The position numbers and the translations under genes are program-made. A stretch of 64,000 nt of DNA from an uncultured Solirubrobacterales bacterium (GTDB lineage Bacteria > Actinomycetota > Thermoleophilia > Solirubrobacterales > 70-9), in contig CAVXQP010000010.1 in assembly GCA_963763955.1 (NCBI GenBank), forward strand, positions 156,118 to 220,117, read 5' to 3'. Of this stretch, positions 44,451 through 52,793 are shown piece by piece. Within the stretch, counting starts at the first letter, position 1; the number at the start of each line of letters is the position of its first letter. Under the pieces are notes generated by a model. It had not been told where the DNA came from. It saw only the letters and a list, made by a program, of their open reading frames with translations, and made no database searches.

Positions 44451-45509
44451 TCAGCAGGAGCGGGCGCGCGGGTCCAGGCGCCTGTCGCGTGTCGCGCCCT
44501 CGCGCTTGTTCGGCCCGGAGCCGCAGCTGATCTTCCGGTCGCGGAATCCGTCCTTGGCTCGGAGAAGATCGATCCCACCCTTGCCCTTGAGCGCGTCGCG
44601 GCCCTTGTTGCCCACGACCAGGTCACCGTCGGGGCCACCGACGACCTTGTCACGGTCTCTGCCGCCGAAGAGCCTGTCGGCGCCGAGCCATCCCTTTAGG
44701 ACGTCCCCGCCGTTGCCGCCCAGGATCAGGTCGTTGCCCTCGAGCCCCAGCAACCTGTCGCCGCCGTTGTTCCCGATGATCGTGTCGTCGCCCGCCGCAC
44801 CGACGAGCGTCTCCGAGCTCGAGTCTCCGGCCAGGAAATCGCCCTTGGCCGTTCCGATCAGGACCTCCACGTCGCCGCGCACTGTGTCGCGCCTGCCGGA
44901 CCCCTGATCCTCGATGCCCCCGTCGTTGCGGTCTCCGGAGCCGATCGTGACGCTGACCGGAGTGGCCCGAGCAGCGTAGGTGAGGGAGTCCGTGCCGCTC
45001 CCCCCGGCGATGTCGTCCGGGCCGTTGCCACCGTCCAGCGCGTCGCGCCCGCTGCCGCCGCGGAGGGTGTCGGCCAAGGGGGAGCCGACCACGGCGTCGT
45101 TGCCGGAGCCTCCGTCGAGCGTGCCGTGGCCCTTGACCGTGTCATTGCCGGGGCCGCCGTCGAGATTCCCCGTGACGGTCGAGGGGATCGTGGGATCGAG
45201 CGCGATCGTGTCGTCGCGGGCATCGGTGTCCACCGAGATCGTCTTGATTCCCGCCCCCGGGCAGGTGGCGGCGTGGGCGTCCAGCGCCGTACAGGCCCCG
45301 CTCGACGTCAGGTTGGCAGCCGCATCCCTGACCGTGTAGAGACCCGCGGTGCCGTCATAGCTGACGGTGATCCGGTTGGTCTCGCTGCCGGTCTCCGCGG
45401 CTCTGATCGTGTTCGACCCAGTGACGGTGACGGTCGAGGCCGTCGCCCCCGGTGCGGCGATCAGGGCCAAGACAACCCCAAGGGCCCCGGCCAAAAGCCC
45501 CCTCTTCAT
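44451..45509 (-). CDS. secreted RTX-type (hemolysin-type calcium-binding repeat) protein
   Basis: ATG at 45509 in ORF 44451..45761. Signal peptide MKRGLLAGALGVVLALIAAPGATA. Many GG.G.D nonapeptide repeats (GGPGNDTVKG, GGSGNDAVVG, GGSGRDALDGGNGPDDIAGGSGTD, GNNGGDRLLGLEGNDLILGGNGGDVL). Confidence 0.8.
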   Translation of the reverse strand: MKRGLLAGALGVVLALIAAPGATASTVTVTGSNTIRAAETGSETNRITVSYDGTAGLYTVRDAAANLTSSGACTALDAHAATCPGAGIKTISVDTDARDDTIALDPTIPSTVTGNLDGGPGNDTVKGHGTLDGGSGNDAVVGSPLADTLRGGSGRDALDGGNGPDDIAGGSGTDSLTYAARATPVSVTIGSGDRNDGGIEDQGSGRRDTVRGDVEVLIGTAKGDFLAGDSSSETLVGAAGDDTIIGNNGGDRLLGLEGNDLILGGNGGDVLKGWLGADRLFGGRDRDKVVGGPDGDLVVGNKGRDALKGKGGIDLLRAKDGFRDRKISCGSGPNKREGATRDRRLDPRARSC

Positions 45510-45564
45510 GCGTCCCTCCGGCATCTCCCTGGCTTCAACACGCGGATGCCCGCGACGGACCGGT

Positions 45565-46077
45565 CTACTCGCCCGCAGCGAGCATTCTCTCCACCACGAG
45601 AACGTCCTTCCATTCGCCGTCGAGGGCGCCGTGACGGCGGTGGACGCCGACCTCGCTCCAGCCCAGGCCCTCGACGAGCGCGATGCTGGGCTTGTTCGAG
45701 GTGAAGATCTTGCCGACCAGCTTGTGGGCGTCGGACTCCGCAGCGGCTTCGGCGAGAGCATCCAGCAGGACCCGGCCGACGCCGGCGCGCCTCGCTGCGC
45801 GGTCCACGTAGAGCGTCGCCTCGCGCACGCCGTCGTAGTAGTGGTGCTGGTCCGCGTAGGGGCCGGCCTTGGCCCAACCGATCACGGCTCCGTCCCGCTC
45901 GGCGACGATCACGACCTCCTCATTGATCCAGCGCATGGCGTCCACGGGCGCCGCGGGGCGCGTCTCGAAGGTCGCCACGCGATCCTCGACACCGTCGTTG
46001 AAGATCTCGGTGATCCGCGCCGCGTCGCCGGGCTCGGCCGCGCGAGTCGAAATGTCCGCTCTTTGCGAACGGTTCAC
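45565..46077 (-). CDS. GNAT family N-acetyltransferase (phosphinothricin acetyltransferase-like)
   Basis: GTG at 46077 in ORF 45565..46170. R.AEPGDAARITEIFN, ATFET.P, AVIGWA, RRAGVGRVLLDAL, L.GKIF..N..S.AL.E.LG. are typical of PAT-like GNATs. Confidence 0.78.
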   Translation of the reverse strand: MNRSQRADISTRAAEPGDAARITEIFNDGVEDRVATFETRPAAPVDAMRWINEEVVIVAERDGAVIGWAKAGPYADQHHYYDGVREATLYVDRAARRAGVGRVLLDALAEAAAESDAHKLVGKIFTSNKPSIALVEGLGWSEVGVHRRHGALDGEWKDVLVVERMLAAGE

Positions 46078-46100
46078 GTTGGCTTCATAGCATTGGAGCG

Positions 46101-46559
46101 ATGTTCTCCGAGCGAAACCTGCGCATCGCCGCCGGCATCCTGGCCTTGGCCGGGATCGGCGTGGCGACATACATCACGATCGCGGAGTTCGGGGGAGGCA
46201 CGCCGAAATGCCTCGCCGGCGGCCATGGGTGCGAGACGGTGGCTCACAGCCATTACTCGCACCTGGCCGGGATCAACGTCGCCGCCATCGGCATCGCCGG
46301 CTACGTCGTGTTGTTGATCGCGGCCCTCGTTCCGGGCGACGCCGGTCGTTTCGGCGGCTTTTTGACCGCGCTCGTCGGCTTCGGGTTCAGCGCCTATCTG
46401 ACCTACCTCGAGCTGTTCGTGATCGACGCGATCTGCCAGTGGTGCGTGGCGAGCGCCATCTTGATGGCTCTGTCGCTGGCGGTCGCGGCGACCCGCGCTT
46501 TCGCCTATACGGGACGGGACCTGAGCAGCCCACAGCTAGAGTCCTCGCATGGCAGGTAA
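46101..46559 (+). CDS. vitamin K epoxide reductase (VKOR) family protein
   Basis: 152 aa with 4 TM segments. Loop Cys pair (PKCLAGGHGC), SHYSHLAGINVAAIG, active-site CQWC. Confidence 0.82.
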   Translation: MFSERNLRIAAGILALAGIGVATYITIAEFGGGTPKCLAGGHGCETVAHSHYSHLAGINVAAIGIAGYVVLLIAALVPGDAGRFGGFLTALVGFGFSAYLTYLELFVIDAICQWCVASAILMALSLAVAATRAFAYTGRDLSSPQLESSHGR

Positions 46560-47325
46560 GGGCGACGAGAGGGAGCGGCTGCGCGCTCAGCGCCAGGCGG
46601 CGGAGTCGCAGGACGCCTCCCAGCTCGCTCGCAAGCGGCGCATCCAGTACCTGGCTCTGGCAGCGTTCGCGGCCGTCGCCGTGATCGTGGCCCTGATCGT
46701 GATCAGCCAATCCGGCGGCAGCAGCAGCTCAAGCCCGCCCGCGGACGTCACCGGCGCAGCGCAGGTCGACACGGAGCTCAATGGCATCCCGCAGACCGGT
46801 CAGGTGCTCGGTGACTCCGCTGCCCCCGTCACCGTGATCGAGTACGGGGATCCGCAGTGTTCCTCCTGCAAGTTCTTCTCGGAGAACGTCGCGCCCCAGC
46901 TGATCTCGGCCGAGGTTCGCCCCGGCAAGGTCAAGTACGAGTTCCGACCCTTCCTGATCATCGGCCCCGACTCGAAGCCGGCGATGAAGGCGGCCCTGGC
47001 CGCGGGGGAGCAGAACCGGCTCTGGCAGTTCCTCCAGCTCTTCTACATCAACCAGGGCGGGGAGAACTCCGGCTATGTCACCGATTCATTCCTGACGGGG
47101 ATCGCAAGGGGAGCAGGCGTACCAAACATCAATAAGTGGAATACGGATCGCAACGACGCCAAATGGGACGCGATCATCCAACAAGGCAGCAGTCAGGCGG
47201 ACTCATTCGGGTTCACCGGCACACCGTCGATCCTGGTTCAGGGGCCCAACGGCCAGAAGGCGATCGGTGGTGGCACGATCCCGACGTTCGCGCAGATCCA
47301 GTCGGCGATCCAGCAGGTCAGCTAG
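46549..47325 (+). CDS. DsbA-family thiol:disulfide oxidoreductase, membrane-anchored
   Basis: 258 aa. Overlaps VKOR by 11 nt. TM segment YLALAAFAAVAVIVALIVI, thioredoxin-fold CxxC (GDPQCSSCKFF), C-terminal GTPSILVQG. Confidence 0.82.
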   Translation: MAGKGDERERLRAQRQAAESQDASQLARKRRIQYLALAAFAAVAVIVALIVISQSGGSSSSSPPADVTGAAQVDTELNGIPQTGQVLGDSAAPVTVIEYGDPQCSSCKFFSENVAPQLISAEVRPGKVKYEFRPFLIIGPDSKPAMKAALAAGEQNRLWQFLQLFYINQGGENSGYVTDSFLTGIARGAGVPNINKWNTDRNDAKWDAIIQQGSSQADSFGFTGTPSILVQGPNGQKAIGGGTIPTFAQIQSAIQQVS

Positions 47326-47343
47326 GGCCGTTACCTTGACGGC

Positions 47344-48075
47344 ATGGCCTCCAGCCAAGGAGACAGCCGCCGCCAGCTGGTGATCACCGCAGACGACTAC
47401 GGCTACTGGCCGTCGTACAACCAGGGGATCCTGGAGGCCATCGAGATGGGGGCGCTCGACTGTGTCAGCGCGATGGTGGACCGGGAGTACTGCGACCCGG
47501 CTCCGCTGCTCGAGAGCGGCGTCGAGATCGGCCTCCACATCGAGTTCGAGGGCCGCTGGGGGCCGCGGAGCGGCGCGCCCGCGCGCACTTCGCTGAGGGT
47601 CCAGCTCGACCGCTTCGTTGATCTCTTCGGCCGCTGGCCATCATTCCTCAACGGCCACAAGAACTGCCACGCCCGCCCAGAGCTCGCGACACCGGTCTTC
47701 CAGACGGCGCAGCAGATCAAGGCCCCGGTCCGCTCGGTCAACCCGGACCATCGCCAGTGGCTCCGGGAGCGGGGAATCGACACCCAGGACATACTGATCG
47801 GGCGCAGCGACAGCAAGGAGCCCGCCGAGCCGGCGCAGCTGCGAGACTTGCCGTCGGGCGTCACCGAGTGGATGACCCACCCGGGCCACCCCGATCCGGA
47901 CTCAGGCTCGAGCTACGACCTCGCGCGACAGGAGGACCTGGGGCTGCTCCAGAAGCTGATGCTCCTCGCCCGCTACGACGAGGCGGTCTGGGGCGATGCA
48001 AGCCGCACCACCATGAGGGACGCGTTCGTCCAAGAGCGCATCGACGTCGAGCAGGAGTCCCCGGCGGAGCCCTAG
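47344..48075 (+). CDS. ChbG/HpnK (YdjC) family carbohydrate deacetylase
   Basis: 243 aa. LVITADDYGYWPSYNQGILEAIEMGALDCVSAMV and GLH.E are typical of the YdjC family. Confidence 0.72.
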   Translation: MASSQGDSRRQLVITADDYGYWPSYNQGILEAIEMGALDCVSAMVDREYCDPAPLLESGVEIGLHIEFEGRWGPRSGAPARTSLRVQLDRFVDLFGRWPSFLNGHKNCHARPELATPVFQTAQQIKAPVRSVNPDHRQWLRERGIDTQDILIGRSDSKEPAEPAQLRDLPSGVTEWMTHPGHPDPDSGSSYDLARQEDLGLLQKLMLLARYDEAVWGDASRTTMRDAFVQERIDVEQESPAEP

Positions 48076-48086
48076 CCGGGGGAACG

Positions 48087-49568
48087 TCAGCCGGCCGGTG
48101 ATTCCTCGCGTTCGCCGTGCCCGTTCTGCTCGGCGGCGTCTGCGCCGACCCCACCGCGGGGGACGAAGCGCTTGAAGAAGCCGGGGCGGCCGCCGGCGGC
48201 CTCGATCAGCTCGCCGATCGACTCCTCCAGGTCATGTCCCAGGTCCTCGAGGTCGGGCATGCCGTCGTAGTCCCCGATCAGGCCGAAGTTGACCTGGCCG
48301 TCGTAGCTCATGATCCCGATGCAGACCCCCTGGTTCTTCGCCAGCGGGACCATCGGGAACACTCGCTCCATCCGGCGGCCCATCAGATAGAGAGGGAACT
48401 GGGGGCCGGGAATGTTGGTGACCACGAGGTTGAAGAAGCGCTGCCGGGACTGCAGTCGGGCGGCCTGGCCGGCGACGGTCGGAGGGGCGAAGTCCGCCAG
48501 CTGGGTGATCAGGCTGGCGCCCATCGCCTGCTTCGACGCCTTCAGGTCGCCCATCGACTCGCGGACGATCTCCATCCGGCGCACCGGGTCCTCACACCAG
48601 ACCGGAAGCGAAGCCATCATCGCGGTCACCTGATTTCCGAGCTTGCCGTGTTGGTCCGAGGTCCGCACGCTGACCGGCACCATCACGCGCAGCTCGAGAC
48701 CGACGGTCGCGTGTCCGCGGGACCGCATGTAGCGGCCGAGGGCACCCGCGACGGCGGCGAGGATGACGTCGTTGACGGTGCCGCCGAGCTCGTTCTTGAC
48801 GTGCTTCATGTCGGCGAGCGAGGCGCGAACCCAGGCGAAGCGGCGATGCGGGCCGACGTCGAAGTTGAAGGGGCTGCGGGGGGCGGCGACGCCCGTCCAG
48901 GCGAACGAACCGGCGGCCACCACGGCCTCGGTGGCCTTCCGCAGGGCGCGGCGGGGGCCGCGCACGACTCTGCGAACCCCCCGGAAGATCTCGCGCGGGT
49001 CGACCGCACGCTGCACGAGCGCCTCCCCGAGCAGCTGCACCTCGTTCGGCTCGGGCTTTGGAACCCAGCGCTCGGGCGGCCTCGGCGGGTCGATCGGGTC
49101 CTTCTCCATGTCGAAGAGCACCGTCGTGATGTCGACGCCGGAGACGCCGTCGACCATCGCGTGATGGGTCTTGCCGACGATCGCGAAGCGGTCTCCCTTG
49201 AGGCCCTCGATCAGCCAGAGCTCCCAGAGCGGCTTCGAGCGGTCGAGCTGCTGGGAGAAGATCCTTGCCGCCAGCACCCGCAGCTGCTGCTCGGATCCAG
49301 GCTCCGGCAGCGAGGTGTGCCGCACGTGGTAGGCGAGATTCAGGTGCGGATCGTCCACCCACACCGGGCGGCCCTGGCCGAAGGGGACGAAGCGAAGCTT
49401 CTGCCTGAACCTCGGCACCAGGTGCAGGCGCGACTCGATGTGGTCGCGAAACTCGACGTAGGGAGGAGCGGGCCCCTCGAAGAGAGTCGTCGAGGCGACA
49501 TGCATGTGGGTCCCGTCCCGCTCCAGATGGAGGAACGAGGAATCCAGGCCTGAGAGGCGGTCGGTCAC
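48087..49568 (-). CDS. wax ester synthase / diacylglycerol acyltransferase (WS/DGAT)
   Basis: GTG at 49568 (or 49574; the longest ORF extends to 49619). LSGLDSSFLHLE, active site HHAMVDGVSG, NVPGP..PLY..G. Confidence 0.88.
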   Translation of the reverse strand: MTDRLSGLDSSFLHLERDGTHMHVASTTLFEGPAPPYVEFRDHIESRLHLVPRFRQKLRFVPFGQGRPVWVDDPHLNLAYHVRHTSLPEPGSEQQLRVLAARIFSQQLDRSKPLWELWLIEGLKGDRFAIVGKTHHAMVDGVSGVDITTVLFDMEKDPIDPPRPPERWVPKPEPNEVQLLGEALVQRAVDPREIFRGVRRVVRGPRRALRKATEAVVAAGSFAWTGVAAPRSPFNFDVGPHRRFAWVRASLADMKHVKNELGGTVNDVILAAVAGALGRYMRSRGHATVGLELRVMVPVSVRTSDQHGKLGNQVTAMMASLPVWCEDPVRRMEIVRESMGDLKASKQAMGASLITQLADFAPPTVAGQAARLQSRQRFFNLVVTNIPGPQFPLYLMGRRMERVFPMVPLAKNQGVCIGIMSYDGQVNFGLIGDYDGMPDLEDLGHDLEESIGELIEAAGGRPGFFKRFVPRGGVGADAAEQNGHGEREESPAG

Positions 49569-49704
49569 GGCCACTGATGGTCGCACACCACCTGTGCGCT
49601 TCGTCACACAAATACGCAAATAGCGAACCTACCCTGCCTCGTTCGAAAGTCGCCAAACAACTCGCCTAACCACCCTGTATCAAGACGCTGCCTCCAAGGA
49701 GGCA

Positions 49705-49880
49705 GCTCGGATCTACGGGTGGGCGGGGGAACCAATCGCCGGCACCATCGCAGCAAGCCGGCCGGGGCGAATGGGGCGGTGTTCCGCCCTTAGCGGCATG
49801 GACGCGAGGGGGCTCCGATAGGAGCCACCCGTTTCATGAAGCGGACACCGCGAGCCCGTCAGCTAACCCCGTAGGCGCCA
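49705..49880 (+). promoter_or_regulatory. ydaO/yuaA-class (cyclic-di-AMP) riboswitch candidate in the 5' leader of the RlpA-like gene
   Basis: Pseudo-symmetric halves ACGGGUGGGCGGGGGAACCAAUCGCC and ACGCGAGGGGGCUCC, GGGGCGAAUGGGGCGG, and the hallmark 3' element CCCGUCAGCUAACCCCGUAGGCG. These compare with the B. subtilis ydaO consensus ..GGGGGACCCA..GGGGUGAAUCC..CCCGUCAGCUAACCUCGUAAGCG as I recall it. Boundaries are approximate. Confidence 0.7.
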
Positions 49881-49901
49881 GAGAGAGGCAGGTGGATTCA
49901 C

Positions 49902-50570
49902 TTGCGTCGCTTCCGTTGGAAGCGGAGGCGGGCTGCGCTAGCGCTGCTGCCCGCCACTGTATTGATGGTCACAGCAGGCATCGCGAGCGCTTCGGGCGCT
50001 GTCCCGGCCCTTTCCGGGACGACTGCCGAGGCGACCGCCGCGGGCGGCCCGCCCACGGGGATCAGCCTGAGCGCCCAGAGGAACGTGATCGCTCAGCACG
50101 CCACGGCGTTCCACGGGCGAGTCACTCCGGGCGGCGGCCGGGCGGTCGTCGTCCAGGTCGGTGAGCGCAGACTCCACGCGCACACCCGGGCCGACGGCTC
50201 CTACGAGGTGCGCTGGCGCGCCTCGGGCTCCGGTGTCTATGGCGCCCGAGCCAGCGTGGAGGGCTCGGCTGTGCGCTCGCACCGATTCAGGGTCAACGCA
50301 TACCGGCCGGCGGAGGCCTCCTATTACGGCCCCGGCCTCTACGGAGGCGGACTGGCCTGCGGCGGGACGCTGAGCCCGGACAAGCTGGGCGTCGCCAACA
50401 AGACGCTCCCCTGCGGCTCCAGGGTCACCCTCCGCTATCACGGCAAGACGGTCACCGTCCCCGTGATCGACAGGGGCCCCTACGCGAGCAACCGCGAGTA
50501 CGACCTGACCGCCGCCACCAAGGCGAAGCTCGGGTTCCCCTCGACGGGGACCGTGCTCACGACCCGCTAG
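49902..50570 (+). CDS. secreted RlpA-like double-psi beta-barrel (DPBB) protein
   Basis: 222 aa, TTG start after GAGAGAGG. Signal peptide ALALLPATVLMVTAGIASASG. C-terminal ASYYGPGLYGGGLACGG.L....GVANKTLPCGS.V.L.Y.GKTV.VPVIDRGPY...REYDL. Confidence 0.8.
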   Translation: MRRFRWKRRRAALALLPATVLMVTAGIASASGAVPALSGTTAEATAAGGPPTGISLSAQRNVIAQHATAFHGRVTPGGGRAVVVQVGERRLHAHTRADGSYEVRWRASGSGVYGARASVEGSAVRSHRFRVNAYRPAEASYYGPGLYGGGLACGGTLSPDKLGVANKTLPCGSRVTLRYHGKTVTVPVIDRGPYASNREYDLTAATKAKLGFPSTGTVLTTR

Positions 50571-50627
50571 TAGATGCGAGGCGCGTGCGAGGGCGCGCCG
50601 ACAGGCGCGACCCGTTTCATGCGGGCG

Positions 50628-51716
50628 TCAGCCGAAGAGCAACCCGTTTGATGCAGGCCGGGCTGGTGCGGGGGCTTCGTCGCTCTCCGCCAGCCCGGCC
50701 ATGCCGACCCCCACGAGCCTGACCGGCACCTGGGGATCAAAGCGGTCGAGCAGCTCCCTGGCCGTCGCGACGACCGCCTCCGGATCGCAGGTGTGATCGG
50801 CAAGGGTCCTCGAGCGAGTGTAGGTCTTGAAGGGACGCAGCCGGATCTTCAGCGTCACCGTGCGGCCCTTGCGCTTGTTCGACGCGAGGCTCTCGCACAC
50901 GGAGCGGCCGAGGCGCTCGACGGTCTCATAGAGGACACCGCGGTCGGTGACGTCCTGGGGGAAGGTGGTTTCGCGGCTCTCCGATTTGCGCGACCGTTCC
51001 TCGTTCAGCGTGGAGCTGCCGACCCCGTTCGCTCGCGCTCGTAGGCCACGGCCGTGGTTCGGACCGAAGGCCCGCTCGAGGGTCTGCTCATCGGTCTCGG
51101 CGAGTTCGGCGACCGTCCCCACACCGACCGTCCGCAGGCGCTCGAACGTCTTCGGACCCACACCCGGAAGCAAGGAGGCAGGCTTCTCGCCGACCGTGTG
51201 GAGCCAGTTGTCGTGGTCGAGGACGAAGAACCCGTCCGGCTTCTCGAGATCGGAGGCGATCTTGGCCATCAGCTTGTTGGGCGCCAGGCCTATGGAGCAG
51301 ACCAGGTGGGTGACCTCCTTGATCCGCCGCTTGATCTCCTGGGCGCGCGCCTGGGGCACGGGAGAGCCCGAGAGATCGACGTAGGCCTCGTCGAGGCCCA
51401 CCACCTCGACCTCATCGCTGAACCCGCGCAGGGTCTCCATCACCTTGATCGAGCCGCGCTTGTAGAGCTGCATGTCGACTGGGAGGACGGCGAGCTCGGG
51501 GCAGCGTCGGCGCGCGGTCACCATCGGGAGCGCGGAGTGAACGCCGTACTTGCGCGCCTCGTACGAGGCGGTGGTGACCACACCGCGGGGACCGTCGTAG
51601 GCGACCACCACCGGCTTGCCGCGGAGCCCGGGATGTCGCAGCATCTCGATCGACACGTAGAAAGCATCCATGTCGACGTGGGCGATCACCTGCGACCGAT
51701 GGAGACTAGGCCGCAA
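50628..51716 (-). CDS. dinB: DNA polymerase IV
   Basis: 362 aa. IAHVDMDAFYVSIE, VVV.......GVVTTASYEAR.YGV.SA, GLDEAYVD, SIGLAPNK..AKIASD..KPDG, LPGVGPKT. Confidence 0.93.
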   Translation of the reverse strand: MRPSLHRSQVIAHVDMDAFYVSIEMLRHPGLRGKPVVVAYDGPRGVVTTASYEARKYGVHSALPMVTARRRCPELAVLPVDMQLYKRGSIKVMETLRGFSDEVEVVGLDEAYVDLSGSPVPQARAQEIKRRIKEVTHLVCSIGLAPNKLMAKIASDLEKPDGFFVLDHDNWLHTVGEKPASLLPGVGPKTFERLRTVGVGTVAELAETDEQTLERAFGPNHGRGLRARANGVGSSTLNEERSRKSESRETTFPQDVTDRGVLYETVERLGRSVCESLASNKRKGRTVTLKIRLRPFKTYTRSRTLADHTCDPEAVVATARELLDRFDPQVPVRLVGVGMAGLAESDEAPAPARPASNGLLFG

Positions 51717-51746
51717 CCCCGACGGAGACCGCTATGTTCAGAGGCG

Positions 51747-52034
51747 GTGGCGAACTCAGAGGCCAAGAACCTCGAGGCGATCTCGCGGGCGATCGACCAG
51801 CACAACTCGAACTGCCCGTTCCCCGCCAGCGAGGTCCGCATGAACCCCTTCGAGTGCGAGCGGCTCGGCTGGGAGGAGATCCGGGGCCTGCCGATCGTCG
51901 CCGACCCCGAGCTCGGCACCGGCGCCTTCCGCATCATCTGCTCTCGCGACCAGGAGGGCGAGGGGATCGAGGAGGCCGAGGCGCTGGGGATCCCAATCGA
52001 GGTCGCCGTGCCCAGCGAGAAGCCTCCCGCCTGA
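51747..52034 (+). CDS. hypothetical small protein
   Basis: Tail of ORF 51054..52034 lying outside dinB. GTG at 51747 (ATG 51699 would overlap the dinB start). Very high GC3. Sequence NCPFPASEVRMNPFECERLGWEEIRGLPIVADPELGTGAFRIICSRD. I recognise no family. Confidence 0.45.
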   Translation: MANSEAKNLEAISRAIDQHNSNCPFPASEVRMNPFECERLGWEEIRGLPIVADPELGTGAFRIICSRDQEGEGIEEAEALGIPIEVAVPSEKPPA

Positions 52035-52793
52035 TCAGTTCAGCGCGGCCGCCAGACGGCGGCGGTGCTCGCGAGCGAGCGGGTGGTCCGCGCCCAGCTC
52101 GGTGAAGATCGCGACCATCACCCGGCGCAGCTGATCCTTGCGCTGCGCGTCCTGCTCCGACGCGAGGACGCCCTGCAGCTGCTCGAGAGCCTCGCCGGGA
52201 TCGCCGTCGTCCCAGGCCGCGAACGCCAGCTGAAGCTCGTCGGCGCCGGCGCCGTTGGCCGACGCTGAGAGCTGGGCCCGCGCCGCCAGCCCGTCGGCGA
52301 CGAAGTCGTGTGGGAAGGGCTTCAGCACCTCCAGCGCCTCCTCGTCCTCGCCCCGGCTCAGCAGGAGGCGGCTCAGGCCGATCGCCGCCTGGGCATGGCC
52401 GGGGTCCAGCTCGAGCGCCTTGCGCAGCGACTCCTCGTCCCCGGACTCGGCGAGGCGGTCCGCTTCGGAGGGGACGATCTCGTTGAGGAAGGCCTCGATC
52501 CGGGCGGGAGGCACGGCGCCGATGAACTCGGCCACGACCTCGCCGTCCTTGAAGGCCTTGACCGCCGGGATGCTGGCGATCTCGTACTTCATCGCGACGT
52601 TGGGGTTACGGTCGGTGTCGAGCTTGGCGAGCTCGATCTCGCCGTTCCGCGCGTTCACGGCCTGCTCGAGCGCCGGCCCCAGCGTGCGGCACGGGCCGCA
52701 CCACTCGGCCCAGAAGTCGACGACCACCGGCACCTGCTTGGAGCGCTCGATGACCTTCGCCTGGAAGTCCTGCTCGCTGACGTCGCTGATCAC
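52035..52793 (-). CDS. thioredoxin-domain plus TPR-like co-chaperone (YbbN/CnoX-like)
   Basis: GTG at 52793 overlaps the upstream gene's stop (GTGA). VVVDFWAEWCGPCR thioredoxin motif with a helical TPR-like C-terminal half. Confidence 0.8.
   Translation of the reverse strand: MISDVSEQDFQAKVIERSKQVPVVVDFWAEWCGPCRTLGPALEQAVNARNGEIELAKLDTDRNPNVAMKYEIASIPAVKAFKDGEVVAEFIGAVPPARIEAFLNEIVPSEADRLAESGDEESLRKALELDPGHAQAAIGLSRLLLSRGEDEEALEVLKPFPHDFVADGLAARAQLSASANGAGADELQLAFAAWDDGDPGEALEQLQGVLASEQDAQRKDQLRRVMVAIFTELGADHPLAREHRRRLAAALN

Noticed and set aside
48117-49553. 478-aa plus-strand ORF and 354-aa minus ORF overlapping WS/DGAT
   Set aside because: These are shadow ORFs. The 48087..49568 frame carries the HHxxxDG acyltransferase motif.
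49688-49706. Perfect hairpin CTGCCTCC-AA-GGAGGCAG just upstream of the riboswitch candidate
   Set aside because: The loop is too short for the full stem. There is no T tract, and it is not downstream of any gene. It may be part of the leader, but I cannot assign a function.
50637-50650. 14-mer GAGCAACCCGTTTG also present at 53739 (reverse complement) and, as the 13-nt prefix GAGCAACCCGTTT, at 22245; ACCCGTTTCATG at 49841 and 50611
   Set aside because: All but one lie inside coding sequence, in different frames or orientations. I estimate that a handful of chance 14-mer matches are expected in 64 kb of GC-biased DNA, and there is no consistent context.
51717-51790. Search for a LexA (Cheo-type GAAC-N4-GTTC) box upstream of dinB
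   Set aside because: Only isolated GAAC and GTTC half-sites with the wrong spacing were seen. No SOS box can be supported.
51734-52105. 123-aa plus ORF (MFRGGGELRG...) overlapping the small hypothetical gene
   Set aside because: The translation is Arg/Gly/Pro-rich and runs into the convergent thioredoxin gene. The alternative frame (51747..52034) has far better GC3 and a protein-like sequence.
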